From NCBI RefSeq assembly GCF_009914755.1, contig NC_060926.1: DNA of 64,000 bases; one strand, 5' to 3'. The stretch comes from the human T2T-CHM13v2.0 reference genome, Homo sapiens. Numbering within the stretch: the first letter of the stretch is position 1; each line of letters starts with the position of its first letter. This document shows positions 11,212 to 26,600 of this stretch, in pieces. Below the pieces are notes generated by a model, which was given only the letters and a program-made list of their open reading frames with translations, was not told the DNA's origin and did not search any database. The position numbers and the translations under genes were made by a program.

Positions 11212-12421
11212 ATACAAAAAAGGTACACATAAATTGGCAAACATGTAGGTAAATCTAAACAAACATTGTATAAAAATAAAAAAATTATCTACTTGGGTGT
11301 CCTCAAAAAAAGATGAAGTAAAATTTGGAGCAAAAAAATATATGTACAACTTTTATGAACCCATAAAAATTAAAAAGCAATTTACAAAAGCAAAAAAATT
11401 TGAGAGAGGCTAGCCATAGTTAAAATATTCTAAGATCTTTATATTTGGGGGGCAGGAATTTGCGGGTGTGGTATCTCCTAAAATCTAAACTACCCTCCTT
11501 CTTGGGCAAATGGCCACCAGCCAGAGACCACAGTTCCCTGCCTCCCATTTTGACTAGGTGTGGCCATATCTAAAGTTCTAATCAATGTGAGTTGGAGTCA
11601 TGTTTGTGACCTTCGCTTTTTTTGCTTAAAGGGAAATTGCTTGCCATGGACTTTTCTCTTCCTCTTTCCTGATGTTTGAAACATGAACAATTTTGACTAT
11701 ACAAATGCAGCCTGTAAGGGATGGGGGAGCAAAAAAAAACAAAAACAAACAACAAAAACAAAACACAAAAAAGAAAAACAAAAAAAAAAAGGAATCATCT
11801 GGGTCCCTGAATGACTAAGTAGAGCAGAGGCATACTGCTAACCTGACTGGATATCCTGGAACTGGAGTGCTACAATCACAGAAATCTAAAATATAGGGGC
11901 ATTTGGCTTAGCAAAATTTAGGGCTTAGTAGTGAGGCAGTAGCTCTTGTGTTGTTTAGGATACAGAAGCAGTTGGCTTTTCCAGCCTGTAAGGCTCAAAT
12001 TTCTGGATTCTCTATCCCCTTACTTCTCTGCTTGCAAATTGGCATATTTTTGCCTTAGCTCATCTTTTTCTTATAATACCTTGCTAAAAGCAGCAAGAGC
12101 AGCCATTCATATCCTTGTCACTTTTAGTAATGTATTATAAGAAATAGCATGAGATAAGACTATGGCTCAAAACCTTTCCTAAAGCCTCCTTCAAGAAAGG
12201 AAGAAAATTCTTTGCAAAGGTCAAATTAAGGATGTTGCCTTCCAACCTAAACCTGTTGTTTCAGATGGCCTCAAAGTAGCCGTTATTAGAATGAGAAAGA
12301 AGGAGACAGGAAGCCAAGAAGTCAGGAAAAAGGCAGGCTTAGAAAACATGTCCAAAAAACCCCGTAAAACTTTGATGTAGTTACTGGCATATAAAGGAAC
12401 AGGAAATGAACAGAAGCCTAC

Positions 12422-12773
12422 TGATATGGTTTGGCTGTGTCCCCACCCAAATCTAAGCTTGAATTGTATCTCCCAGAATTCCCACATGTTGTGAGAGGGA
12501 CCCAGGGGAAGGTAATTGAATCATGGGGGCCGGTCTTTCCATGCTATTCTTGTGATAGTGAGTAAGTCTCACAAGATCTGATGGGTTTATGAGGGGGTTT
12601 CTGCTTTTACTTCCTCATTTTCTCTTGCTGCCGCCATGTAAAGAAATGCCTTTTGCCTCCCACCATGATTCTGAGGCCTTCTCAGCCATGTAGAACTGTA
12701 AGTCCAATTAAACCTCTTTTTCTTTCCAGTCTTGGGCATGTCTTTATCAACTGCATGAAAATGGACTAATATA
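12422..12773 (+). mobile_element. THE1A solo LTR
   Basis: TGATATGGTTTGGCTGTGTCCCCACCCAAATC..GAATTGTATCTCCCAGAATTCCC..GGACTAATATA; 5-bp TSD CCTAC. Confidence 0.92.
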
Positions 12774-13172
12774 CCTACTAAGGTGTTTGGGGAATTACAT
12801 TGCCAATGGGTCTATAAGTAAGATCTTGTGAGAGGCCATGATCTTTCAGTCCTTAAAGCAACCCTCAGCCTCCCAAATCTGCCTTAGCAAAGAAGTGGGC
12901 TATTAAAATAGTGCATTCTCCTATTCCCACTCTGTCCTACCTAAACTCCCTCCAAAATCAGTTATGGCCACAGAAGATTATGAACAAGGATGAAGCTCTA
13001 GAAGGCAAAAGGAGATGCCATAAGTAAGGGGATTTTTCTAAAATATCAGACCAGATGTAACCAAGAAATCCTCTCTACTATTAGATCAAGGGGATCTTTA
13101 TAATTTCTGCCCAGCATAACTTTCATTATGTCTATGAATCAGTGACTCTTCTGTATTTCCCATTCTTCCTTT

Positions 13173-13884
13173 TGTAACCACCCAAGGGGTTCACCTTGCC
13201 CGCTGCCTAGACAGAGCAAATTTATCAGGTCAGGGCAATTGCAATACAGAAAGAGTAATACATGCAGAGCTGGCTGTGCGGGAGACCAGATTTTTATTAT
13301 TACTCAATTCAGTCTCCCCAAAAACTCAGGGATCAGAGTTTTTAAAAACAATTAGGTGGATGGGGGTGGTGGCGGGGGGCAGTGAATTGAGAGTGCTGAT
13401 TGGTTGGCTCAGGGATGAAATCTTAGGGAGTCAAAGCTGTTCTCTTCTGCTGAGTCAGTTCCTGGGTGGGGGCCACAGAACTGGTTGGCAGGTCCAGGTG
13501 GGGCCATCTGGTTGTTAGAAATGCAAAAATTTGAAAAGATATCTCAAAAGGCTGATCTTAGGTTCACAATACTGATGTTACCTTCAAGAAAAGCCAAGAA
13601 GTCAGGAAAAAGGCAGGCTTAGAAAACATGTCCAAAGAACCCCGTAAAACTTTGATGTAGTTACTGGCATACAAAGGAAGGGGAAGTTGCAAATCTTATG
13701 ACCTCCAGAATGATGATTGTTAATATTTAGAATTCCATCCCCTCTCATTTAACTTGGTGGCTGGTGGCCTTTCATTTGTTTTACAAGAACAGTTTAGCCT
13801 TTTGGAAAGGGCTATTATATAAACTATACATTAAATTCTTTCCCAAAGCTAGTTCAGCCTATGCCCAGGAATGAACAAGGACAG
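13173..13884 (-). mobile_element. LTR8-like (ERV1) LTR, 5'-truncated, with 89-bp foreign insert
   Basis: TGTAACCACCCAAGGGGTTCACCTTGCCCGCTGCCTAGACAGAGC..GGCTGTGCGGGAGACC matches the LTR8 3' end in reverse. Confidence 0.8.
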
Positions 13885-14519
13885 TATATTGTTTCCTCAT
13901 ATGAGAAGCCTCATATGGACTCAACAGAGAGAATCTTGCATCTTCTAGATATCTTGGACTTTGGACTACATGGAATATTACATTGTGTTCCATAGAGAGG
14001 GAGCGAATCTTTTCTATGTGTGGGACAAAGGTCTGCATGGATATTTGGATGGCCAGACTTCTAGTTTTCCACAAAAGACTGACTCTCCTTCTTCCGAAGT
14101 ATATAATCTATTTCCCCCTCCTTCCTTGGTACTGGCAAGAGACTACATTTCCCAGTCTGACTTGCAGCAAGGTATTGTCATGTACTAATTTCTCTCTATT
14201 GGACAGAAGTTCTTTGTGCAACTTCTGCCTCATTGGCTTTTAAGAAAATTATTTGTACTGATTTTCTCTCTTTCTTCTTCCTTTGGAATATAGACAAGGC
14301 AGCAGTCTAGTTTTGACCATGGAGATGAGGACAACATCCTGGCATATGTCAATGCAATGAGATGGGCTAGGGCCCTGAGTAATCTAATGGAGCAGAACTG
14401 TCATATTTGCCTAGACTGTTCTTTTAGATTGTTATGTGAAAAAGAAATAAACATTTTGTTAGCCACTATATCTTTGTTAGAGTAGTTTAGTCTTTTCCCT
14501 AATTAATTTAGAGGGCTAA

Positions 14520-15445
14520 GATAGTGTCTAAGCTTAGACTTTATTAAGCATGCATGAGAACATCTCAAGGATAACTACTGAAATAATAGAAATAGTGTAT
14601 CTAGCTTCTAGTAGAAACAGCTTAATCCCTACCTTCCCCGCAAAAAAAAGGAAAAAAAGGAGTAGAGCAAAGGAAAAGCAGAACAAATCACACAAAGTAA
14701 GATGACAGAAACAAATCCAGAAATATAAGTATTTTCAATAAATGTAATGAACTAAATTCATCAATTAAAACTCCTAAGAGCACAGAAAGATTAAAAATTA
14801 AAAAAAAAGAAATGAAAAAATATACTAGGCAAATAACCAAAATGAAGTTAAGGTAGTTATATTTTTGTCAGACAAAATAAGGTAGTTATATTTCTGTCAG
14901 ACAAAATGTTCTGTCAGAACATACAAAAAAAATTGGGGGTAGAAAGGGTCACAACATAAAATGTTAAATTTTAAAGGAAGATATAACATTTCTAAATGTA
15001 TATTCTCCTAATAATACAACTATGACAAATATGGAGATTATTTTAAAAGAAGTAGAACCCCATCTGGAAAAGTCTCTTTGATTCAGGATGTAGAAAATCT
15101 CAAAGAATCCTCAAAAAAGTTCTGGAATCCTAAATAAATTGAGCAAGGTGGTTCAATAAGTTTAACAAAAGAAGTGCAAGAGTTGAATAGTAAAAATTTT
15201 AAAATATTACTGAGAGAAATTAAAGATCTAAATTAGAGAGACATTCTGAGTTCACGGATTGGAAGACAAAATATTGTCAAAATGGCATTCTCTCTGAACT
15301 GATCTACAAATTCAATGCAACCCCTATTAAAATCCTAGCAGGCTTTTCCCTTTTTTCCCAGAAATCGACTGACTGATCCTAAAATTTACATAGAAATCCA
15401 AGGACTTGGAATAGCCAAAATAATTTTGAAAGAGAAGAAAACACA
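14520..15445 (+). mobile_element. Old L1M ORF2 fragments
   Basis: Degenerate EN and RT-3' motifs (AAATGTAATGAACTAAATTCATCAATTAAAA; ATCTACAAATTCAATGCAACCCCTAT); 29-bp tandem duplication at ~14851-14907. Confidence 0.65.
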
Positions 15446-16060
15446 GTTTACTTTTTCCTTTGCAATCTGATTGCTTTAACATCTTTGTTGCTTGTTGCAC
15501 TAGCTTTTAGAACCTCCAGTAAAATGTTGATAGAAATACTAAAAGCAGACATTTTTGCCTTGCTTTTTTTGATTTTAGGATGAAAGCATTTACTATCACA
15601 TATGATTTTACCCTTGAGTGTTTTATAAATGCCCTTTATCAGATTGAGGACACTTTCTTTATTTCTGATCAATCCTTTGCTCCTATTCTTTATTCCAAAT
15701 CATATTGGATTTTGTAGGATGTTTATGATACATCTACTGAGATGGTTGTGTGGTTTTTGTCGTTTATTCTATTAGTATAGTATATTGCATTAACTCATCC
15801 TCAAATGTTAACCAACCTTATATTCCTGAGATAGATCCCCCTTGGTCAGAGTGTATAGTCCTCTTTATGTGTTGTTGGATTCTACCTGATAAGGATGTTT
15901 GTTTTAATATTTTTAAGGAATATTTATCTCTATTTTCCTTGTGATGTCTTTACGAGGCTTTGGAATTAGGATAATACTGGCCTCATAGAATAAGTGGAGA
16001 AGGGTTATTTCTCTTCTTTTTTCTTAAAGAGCTTATGAAAACTGAGTATTATTTATTCTT
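15446..16060 (-). mobile_element. Old L1M ORF2 (host of the L1PB1), resumes at ~23700
   Basis: AAATGCCCTTTATCAGATTGAGG..GGATAATACTGGCCTCATAGAAT; collinear continuation CAGCCATCTGGGCCTGGG at 23733. Confidence 0.7.
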
Positions 16061-17405
16061 TTTAAAAATTATTTATTTTATTTCAAAAGTTTTTTGGGGA
16101 ACAGATGGTGTTTGGTTGCATGGAAAAGTTCTTTAGTGGTGATTTCTGAGATTTTGGTGCACCCATCACCTGAGCAGTGTACACTATACTCAGTGTGTAG
16201 TTTTTGATCCCTCACCATCCTTCCACCCTTTCTCCTGAGTCCCCAAAGCCCATTATATCACTCTTATGCCTTTGCATCCTCACAGCTTAGCTCCCATTTA
16301 TAAGTGAGAACATACAATGTTTGGTTTACTTCACTTAGAATAATGGTCTCCAACTCCATCCAGGCTGCAGCAAATACCATTATTTTGCTCATTTTTATGG
16401 CTGAGTAGTATTCCATGGTATTATATATACCACATTTTCTTTATCCACTCATTGGCTGATGAGCATTTAGACTGGTTTTATATTTTTGCAATTGCAAATT
16501 GTACTGTTATAAACATGTGTATGCAATTTTCTTTTTCAAATAATGACTTCTTTTACTCTGAGTAGATACCTAGTAGTGGAATTGCTGGATCAAATGGTAG
16601 TTCTACTTTTAGTTCTTTAAGGAAACTCCATACTGTTTTTGATAGTAGTTGTGCTAGTTTACATTCCTACCAGCAATGTAAAAGTGTTCCCTTTTTACCA
16701 TATCCACTGCAACATCTATTATTTTTTGATTTTTAAATTATAGTCATTCTTGCAAGAGTAAGGTAGTATCTCATTGTAGTTTTGATTTGCATTTCCTTTG
16801 TAATTAGTGATGTTGAGAATTTTTTCATATGTTTGTTGGCCATTTGTATATCTCTTTTGAGAACTGTCTATTCATGTCCTTTGCCCACTTTTTGATGGGA
16901 TTATTTGTTTTCTTTCTTGCTGATTTGTTTGAATTCTTTATAGATTCTGGTTATTAGTCCTTTGTTGGAAGTATAGTTTGTGAGTATTTTCTCCCACTCT
17001 GTGGTTGTCTGTTTACTCTGCTGATTATTTCTTTTGATGTGCAGAAGCTTTTTAGTTTAACTAGGTCCCATCTATTTATCTTTGTTTTTGTCACATTTGC
17101 TTTCGGGTTCTTGGTCATGAATTCTTTGCCTAAGCCAATGTCTAGAAAAGATTTTTTGAAGTTATCTTCTAGAATTTTTATGGTTTCAGGTCTTAGATTT
17201 AAGTGTTTGATCCATGTTGAGTTGATTTTTGTATAAGGTAAGAGATGAGGATCCAGCTTCATTCTTCTACATGTAGCTTGCCAATTATCCCAGCACCATT
17301 TGTTGAATAGGGTGTCCTTTGCCCAGTTTATATTTTTATTTGCTTTGTTGAAGATCAATTGGCTGAGTCTATAAAAATAGATGAATTTTTATACTCACCT
17401 ATTAA

Positions 17406-17714
<309 letters not shown>

Positions 17715-19363
17715 ACAATTTTTATACTAGTATAAAAATAACGTGTATGTAGTATAAAAATACCATGCTGTTTTGGTAACTGTAGCCTTGTAATATAATT
17801 TGAAGTCAGGTAATGTGATGCCTCCAGTGTATTCTTTTTGCTTAGTCTTGCTTTAGCTATGTGGGCTCTTTTTGGTTCCATATAAATTTTAGGATTATTT
17901 TTTGTAGTTCTGTGAAAAATGATGATAGTATTTTGATGATAATTGCATTAAATCTTTAGATTGCTTTTGGCAATATGGTCATTTTCACAATACTGATTCT
18001 ACTCATCCATGAGCATGGGATGTGTTTCCATTTGTTTGTGTCACTGATGATTTCTTTCAGCAGTGTTTTTAGTTTTCTATGTAGAGGTCTTTCACCTCCT
18101 TGGTCAGGTATATTCCTAAGTATTTTTTTTTACAGCTGTCATAAAAGGAGTTGAGTTCTTGATTTGATTCTCAGCCTTGTTGTTGGTGGTGTATACCAGT
18201 GCTACTGATTTTTGTACATTGATTTTGTATCCTGAAACTTTACTGAATTCATTTATCAGATATAGGAGCTTTTTGGATGAATCTTTAGGGTTTTCTAGTT
18301 ATACAATCATATCATTGGTGAACAGTGACAGTTTGACTTCTTCTTTACCAATTTGAATGCCTTTTATTTCTTTCTCTTGCCTGATTGCTCTGGCTAGGAC
18401 TTCCAGTATAATATTGAATAGCAATGGTGAAAGTGGGCATCCTTGTCTTGTTCCAGTTCCCTGGGGGAATGCTTTCAACTTTTCCCTGTTCAGTATAATG
18501 TTGCCTGTGGGTTTTTCATAGATAGCTTTTATTACTTGAGGTATATCCCTTCTATGCGGATTTTGCTGAGGGTTTTAATCATAAATGGATGCTGGATTTT
18601 GTCAGATGCTTTTTCTGCATCTATTGAGATCATATGATTTCTGTTTTTAATTCTGTTTATGTGATATATCACATTTATTGACTTCCATATGTTAAACTAT
18701 CCCTCCATCCCTGGTATGAAACCCACTTGATCATAATGTATTATGTTTTTGATATGCTATTAGATTCAGTTAGCTAGTATTTTTGCATCTATGTTCATCA
18801 GGGATATTGGTCTGTAGTTTTCTTTTTTCGTTATGTCCTTTTCTAGTTTTGGTATTAGGGTGATACTGGCTTTATAGAATGTTTTAGGGAGGATTTCCTC
18901 TTTCTTTATCTTTTGGAATAGTTTCAGTAAGATTGGTACCAATTCTTCTTTGAATGCCTGATAGAATTCAGCTGTGAGTCTGTCTGGTCCTGGACTATTT
19001 TTGGTTGGCAGGTTTTTTTATTTTTTATTATTGTTTCAATCTCATTACTTGTTATTTGTCTGTTCAGTTTCTATTTCTTCCTGATTTAATCTAGGAGGGT
19101 TGCATATTTCCAGGAATTTATACATCTCCTCCAGATTTTCCAGTTTGTGCACATAAAGGTGTTCATAGTGGTCTTGAATGATCTTTCGTATTTCTGTGGG
19201 GTTGGTCGTAATACCTCCCATTACATTTCTAATTGAGCTTATTTTGGATCTTCTCTCTTCTTGATTAATCTTGTTAATGGTCTATCAATTTTGTTTGTCT
19301 TGTCAAAAAGTCGGCTTTTTGTTTCATTTATCTTTTGTATTTTTTTAATACAATTTCATTTAG

Positions 19364-19792
<429 letters not shown>

Positions 19793-19850
19793 TAATGTTG
19801 TGAACTTCCCTCTTAGCACTGCTTTTGCCGTATCCCAGAGGTTTTCCTAG

Positions 19851-20315
<465 letters not shown>

Positions 20316-23300
20316 TAATTTCCAGTTTTCTTCCACTGTGGTCTGAAAGGGTAGTTGATATAATTTTGATTTTCTTAAATTGAGACTTGTTTTGTGGCCT
20401 ATCATATGGTCTGTCTTGGAGAATGTTCCAGTTTCTGCTGAAAATAATGTATATTCTGTGGTTGTTGGTTAGAATGTTCTATAAATATCTGTTAAGTCCA
20501 TTTGTTCTAGGGTATAGTTTAAGTCCATTGTGTCTTTGTTGACTTCTGTCTTGATGACCTGTCTAGTGCTGTCAGTGGAGTATTGAAATCCCCCACTATT
20601 AATGTGTTGCTATCTATCACATTTCTTAAGTCTGTTTTATAAATGTGGGAGCTCCAGTATTAGGTGCATATGTATTTATGATTATGATATTTTCCCGTTA
20701 GACTGGTCCTTTCATCATTATATAATGTTCCTCTTTGTCTTTTTTAACTGTTGTGGCTTTAAAGTCTGTTTTGTCTGATTTAAGAATAGCTACTCCTGCT
20801 CACTTTTGGTTTCCATTTGCATAGAATATCTTTTTCCACCCTTTTACCTTAAGTTTACATGAGTCCTTATGTGTTAGATGAGTCTCCTGAAGATAGAAGA
20901 TACTTGATTGGTGAGTTCTTATCTATTCTGCCATTCTGTATATTTTAAGTGGAACTTTTAGGCCATTTACACTTAACATTAGTAATAAGATGTGAGGTAC
21001 TGTTCTATTCATCATGCTAGTTGTTGCCTGAATACCTTGTGTGTTTTTTTTTTCACCGTGTTGTTGTTTTATAGGTTCTGTGAGACTTGTGCTTTAAGGA
21101 GGTTCTATTTTGGTGTATTTCAAGGTTTTGTTTCAAGATATAGAACTCCTTTTAGCATTTCTTTTAGTGCTGGCTTGGTAGCGGTGAATTCTCTCCACTA
21201 CCTTCATTTATGAAGCTTAGTTTTGCTGGATATAGAATTCTTGGCTGACAATTATTTTGTTTGAGAAGGCTAAGGATAGGACCCCAATCATTTCTGGCTT
21301 TTAGGGTTTCTGCTCAGAAATCTGCTGTTAATCTGATAAATTTTCCTTTATAGGTTACCTGATGCTTTTGCCTCACATCTCTTAAGATTCTTTCCTTCGT
21401 CTTGACTTTAGATAACCTGATGACTATGTGCCTATGTAATGATCTTTTGCACTGAATTTCCGAGATGTTCTTTGAGCTTCTTGTATTTGGATGTCTAGAT
21501 CTCTAGCAAGGCCAGGGAAGTTTTCCTCAATTATTCTCTCAAATAAGTTTTCCAAACATTTAGATTCCTCTTCTTCCTCAGGAGCACTAATTATTCTTAG
21601 ATGTGGCTGTCTAACATAATCCCAATTTTTGGGGGAGCTTTGTTCATTTTTTATAATTCTTTCTTTGTCTTTGTCTGATCGGGTTAATTCAAAAACCTTC
21701 CCTTTAAGCTCTGAAGTTCTTTCTTCTACTTGTTCTAGTCTATTGTTGACACTCTACAGTGCAGTTTGTATTTCTCTGTGTCTTTCATTTCCAGAAGTTG
21801 TGATTGTTTTTTCTTCATGGTATCTATTTCTCTGGAGCATTTTTCATTCATATCCTGTATTGTTTTTTTAAAATTTACTTAAGTTGTTTTTCACCTTTCT
21901 CTGGTATCTCCTTGAATAAGTTAATAATTAACCCTCTGAATTCTTCATCTGGTAATTCAGAGATTTCTTCTTGGTTTGGATTTATTGATAGGGAGCTAGT
22001 GAAGTCTTTTGGGGTGTTATAGAACTCTGTTTTGTCATATTATTAGAATTACTTTTCTGATTCCTTCTCATTTGGATAGACTATTTTAGTGGAAAAATGT
22101 GAAACCCAAGGGCTGCTGTTCAGATTCTTTTGTCCCACAGGGTGATCCCTTGTTGTTATGCACTCTGCCTTCCCCTAGGAATAGGGTTTCCTGAGAGCTG
22201 GACTGCACTGTTTGTTCTTGCTTTTCTGGGTCTAGCCACCCAGCAGGGCTACCAGGCTCTGGGCTGGTGTTGGGGAATGTCTGCAGAGACTCCCAAGATC
22301 TGATCTGTGTTCAGGTCTCCCAGCCATGGATACCTGCACCTGCTCTGGTGGAGGTGGAAGAGGAGTGAAGTAGACGGCAAGAGTCCTTGGTTGTAGATAT
22401 GTTTAATGTGCTGGCTTTCTCAAATGTTGGTTATGCTAGCAGTGAAGTTGTCATATGGAGAGACTCAGGACCTCTGGTTAGCCAGGGTGTTGCAGGCAGT
22501 GGAGTTAGCTGTTGGTTTCTCCTTCTTTGGAGCAGGATTATTCTGTCATGAGTAGCTGTAATGTCCTGAGTTGGTTGGCCTCCAGCCAGGAGGCACTTTC
22601 AAGACAGCACCAGCTGCAATATTAGAAGGGGAATATAAGCTTGCCCTAAGTTGGCCAGGATAAATATTTGGGTTTCTCAGGTGATGGATGGGGCCGTAAA
22701 GCTCCCAAGAGTTTATGCCTTTTGTGATCAGGTACTGGGGCAGGTAGAGAAATACCATCTGGTGGGGTACAGGGTTAGGCAGGTCTGAGTTCAGACTCTC
22801 CTGGGCAGGGCTTGCCACAGCCATTGTGAGGGATGGGGTGTGGTTCTTGAGCCAATAGAGTTATGTTCCAGAGGGGATTATGGCTGCCTCTGTCACTAGG
22901 GAAGTGGAGGAAAGCCAGTAGTGATAGGCCTCACCCAGCTCCCATGCAGCTGGCGAAGCTGGTCTCGCTCCCACCATGCCCCACTAACAGCACCAAGTTT
23001 ATCTCCAGGCAGGCTGTGCAAGAGCCTCAGACCTTGCCCCAGGATATAAACTTTCCTACTGAGAAGACAAGCACAGGTTTCAGGCCTTACCTCTCCCTGT
23101 CTGCCCACACAATGGGTGGTGGTCTTGCACTCCTTTCTGCAGCAGTTCCTGTTTGCCCCGCTAAATTCTGCTCAAGAGAGTTTGTTCCTAGTCAAAATTA
23201 TTACAAAGTTCGGTTGAAAGTTTCTTTCACCCTGCATACCTCCCAAATTCTGCCAGCTGCCTTCCCCAAAGGCCCCTGTGAAATATAGTGAGGGATGGCT

Positions 23301-23699
23301 TCCCTAGGTTTGAGCTGGAGAATGGGAGTGCCTACAAGCCTCTTCCCACTGCTGCTTTTACTTTTATATTTTGTGCTAAATCTGTTTCAGCTCTAGGAAA
23401 GCTTAAGTCCTCCCATAATCTGGATTTTTCCAGTTCCCCAGTGAGTATGTGTTTTTGGAGGTAAGATTTCCCCCTTTCATACTTTGGAAAGTCACAGTTT
23501 TTTGTCTGTCTTACAGAATTTCCAGTGGTGTGCACTTCTTTCAAAGAATCTGTGAATTCTCTCAGTTTTCCTGGTATGTTCCTGTGGTAGTTCTTGGAGC
23601 AAAAGTCCATGGTGTCAGTCTCCACATGCTGTTCTGTCCATCCAAATGGGAGCTGCATGTTAGCCCTGTCACTTGTCCACCATCTTCCCTGACTGCTGC

Positions 23700-26600
23700 T
23701 ATTTCTTCACCGTCTGATAGATTTAACTAGTGCAGCCATCTGGGCCTGGGATTTTCTTAATGAAAAAAAAATTTAATAATTAACTCAATCTCTTTCCTTA
23801 TTACAGATCTATTCAGATTTTTCTACTTCATTTAAAATTAATTTTTGGTAATTTGTATGTGTGCAGGAATTTGCCCATTTCATAAAAGTTGTCTAACTCA
23901 TTGGTATAAAGCTGTTTATGAGATTCCTTTATAATCCTTTTAATTTCTCTAGGGTAAGAGTTAATGTACTCTTTTGGTGATTTGTTTCTTCTCTTTATTT
24001 TTTGATCAGTCTAGATGAAGTTTGTAAATATTAATGTTTTCCAAAAACCAATTTTTTACTTCAATAATTTTATTTATTGCTTTTCTATTTTTTCTTTTTA
24101 CTTTTCTCTTCTTTCTTTCTTTCTTTCTTTCTTTTTTTTTTTTTTTTTTTTGATATGGAGTCTTACTCTTTCACCCAGGCTGGAGCACAATGATGCAATC
24201 TTGGCTCACTGCAACCTCCACCTCCCAAGTTCAAGCAATTTTCCTGCCCCAGCTGCCAAGTAGCTGCGATTACAGGTGCCTACCACCATGCCTGGCTAAT
24301 TTTTGTATTTTCAGTAGAGACAGGGTTTTACCATGTTGGCTAGGCTGATCTCAAACTCCTGGCCTCAAGTGATCTGCCCACCACAGCCTCCCAAAGTGCT
24401 GAGATTACAGACGTAAGCCACCACACCCAGCCTATTTTTTCTTTTATTGACTTCTCTTCTAAGCATTATTATGTTTTTCTGCTTACTTTTGTATAGTTTG
24501 CTCTTATTTTTCCAGTTTTTTTTTTGTAGAAATTTAGGTTATGGATTTGAGATGTTTCTTTATCAATGTATGTGTTTAAAGCTAGAAATTTACCTGTAAG
24601 CACTGCTTTAGCTGCATCATATACATTTTGGTGTGTTTCGTTTTCATTTATTTCAAGATATTTGCTAATTTACCTTGTGATTTTTAACTTTAACTTCTGG
24701 GTTATTTTGAAGTGGGTTGTTTACTTTCCAAATATTTCAGGACTTCAAAGATTTCTTTCCTTGCTGATTTTAAATAGAATTCTTTTGTGTCATAGAATAT
24801 AACTTTCTGTGAAAAAAAAGATATATTTGGAATCTTTTTATATTAGTACACACATTTGTCACTTATAGTGTTCTTTATTTCTTTTTGTAGATTTGTATTA
24901 TAGTCTGATGTGACTTCCTTTTCAGCCTGAAGGACTTTCTTTAGACTTTTTTTGTAAGTAGCAATGAATTATCTTAGTATCTGTTTATCTTGAAATGTTT
25001 TTATTTTATTTTATTCTGCTTCTGACTAGTTAATTTCTTTTTTTTTGGCACACTAAGGCATACGTATGAGAAGGTGTAGGGGGCACAAGTCTAGATTTGA
25101 AGTCAGTTTAACTGTCCATTTTGGTACCACATGTTCTCATAGTCCTCTTACCATGACAGAAGAATTCTTGGTTTATTACTATTCAGAGCCAGGCATGGAT
25201 TTTGTCTAAAGTTTAACTTTGTTTTTGGACATATGACGTAATGTGACTCTTATGAAAGCCTCTGAACTAGTCTCGTTATATTCCGAGTTTGGGGCTGCAT
25301 GCAACGGAAGTTGCTAACTAACGTAGGCAATAAAATGGACTTATGGGTATATACTGATTTGCTCACGGAATCTAAATAAGAGTTAAACAGTTAGACTTCT
25401 AGCAGTACAGGAACTAAGACACCTTTGGAAATATTAGAAACAAGGTATCTTGGGCCATCCCTTTTGATATCTCCAGGATATCAATGACTGTGCCATTGGA
25501 TGACTAAATTATAACTACCTTTTTACCTTGAACCTCAGACCTACTAATTATATTTCCTGGGAAAAGATTGGCTAACTTGGGTAACATGTCCAACTCTGTA
25601 GTGAGGATCCTGTGACCAACCATTTCAGTAAACCACGTAGGGGTAAATAAGTTCTACAGTTAAAAATGTTGCTGTTACTAGAACAGACAGAAAAGATGCT
25701 GGACAGACAACCAGGTCAGCTATCTTCTAAGCTCATTGTATCAGCTCATCCTCAAACCACAAGTAACCTGACTAAAAGTTTGCTTTGTTATTTTTGCCTG
25801 CCCAGAATTCATTTCCTTGCTATTTGTTGGGGAACCCTCTCTATATCCATTTGGTGTAGGTAAAAGTCCAGGCATGTATATGTGACCCTAGCAAGGCCAA
25901 TTCAAACTGAGGGGTTTCACTTCTATAATGTTTCTTGGAACTATTAGGGGAAACATATTATTTTTCTTCTGAAGGTTTACCTTCATTAATGAAGGTTAGT
26001 TCTGTTTGATATAGAATTTTTGGTTGACTTTTTTTTCTTTCAGCACTTTGAATTTGTCATTCCACGGCCTTCTGAACCTCCATTGTTTCTGATGAGAAGT
26101 TAGCTTTTAATTGTATTGCTCCTTTGCATATGATTAATTATTTTCTTCTTGTTGCTTTCAAGACTTTGTCTTTCAACATTATAATATGTAGATTAATGGA
26201 TATTTTTGTATTTATCTTACTTGGGGTTTATTGGGTTTCTAGGATCTATAGATTTATGTAGTTCTTTTTCTGCCCTCCTGTTCTCTTTTTTGCGGGGACT
26301 CCCATTACATGTATATTAGTATAGCTGATGTTGTTACACAGGTCTCTGAGATGCTATTCATTTTTCTTCAATCCTTATTCTTTCTGTTCTTCAGATTGTA
26401 TAATGTATATTGACCTATCATTAAATTCTGTGGTTCTTCTACCATCTTGAATATGTTGGTGAGCTCCTATAGTGAATTTTAGTTTAGTTATTTTACTTCT
26501 CAACTCTAACATTTTTATTTGTTTTTTAAAAAAATAATTTCTATAACCTTATTGAGAATCTCTATCTGTTGGTTCTTTGTTGTCATACTTTAATTTTTTC

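Larger units (their letters stand above)
11465..14510 (+). mobile_element. Old MLT1 (I/J-like) MaLR with two LTR-like ends and internal region, hosting THE1A and LTR8
   Basis: Related LTR-like segments at ~11465-11850 and ~14060-14510 (GACTACATTTCCCAG..TTGCAG motif) with MLT-int-like sequence between. Confidence 0.5.
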
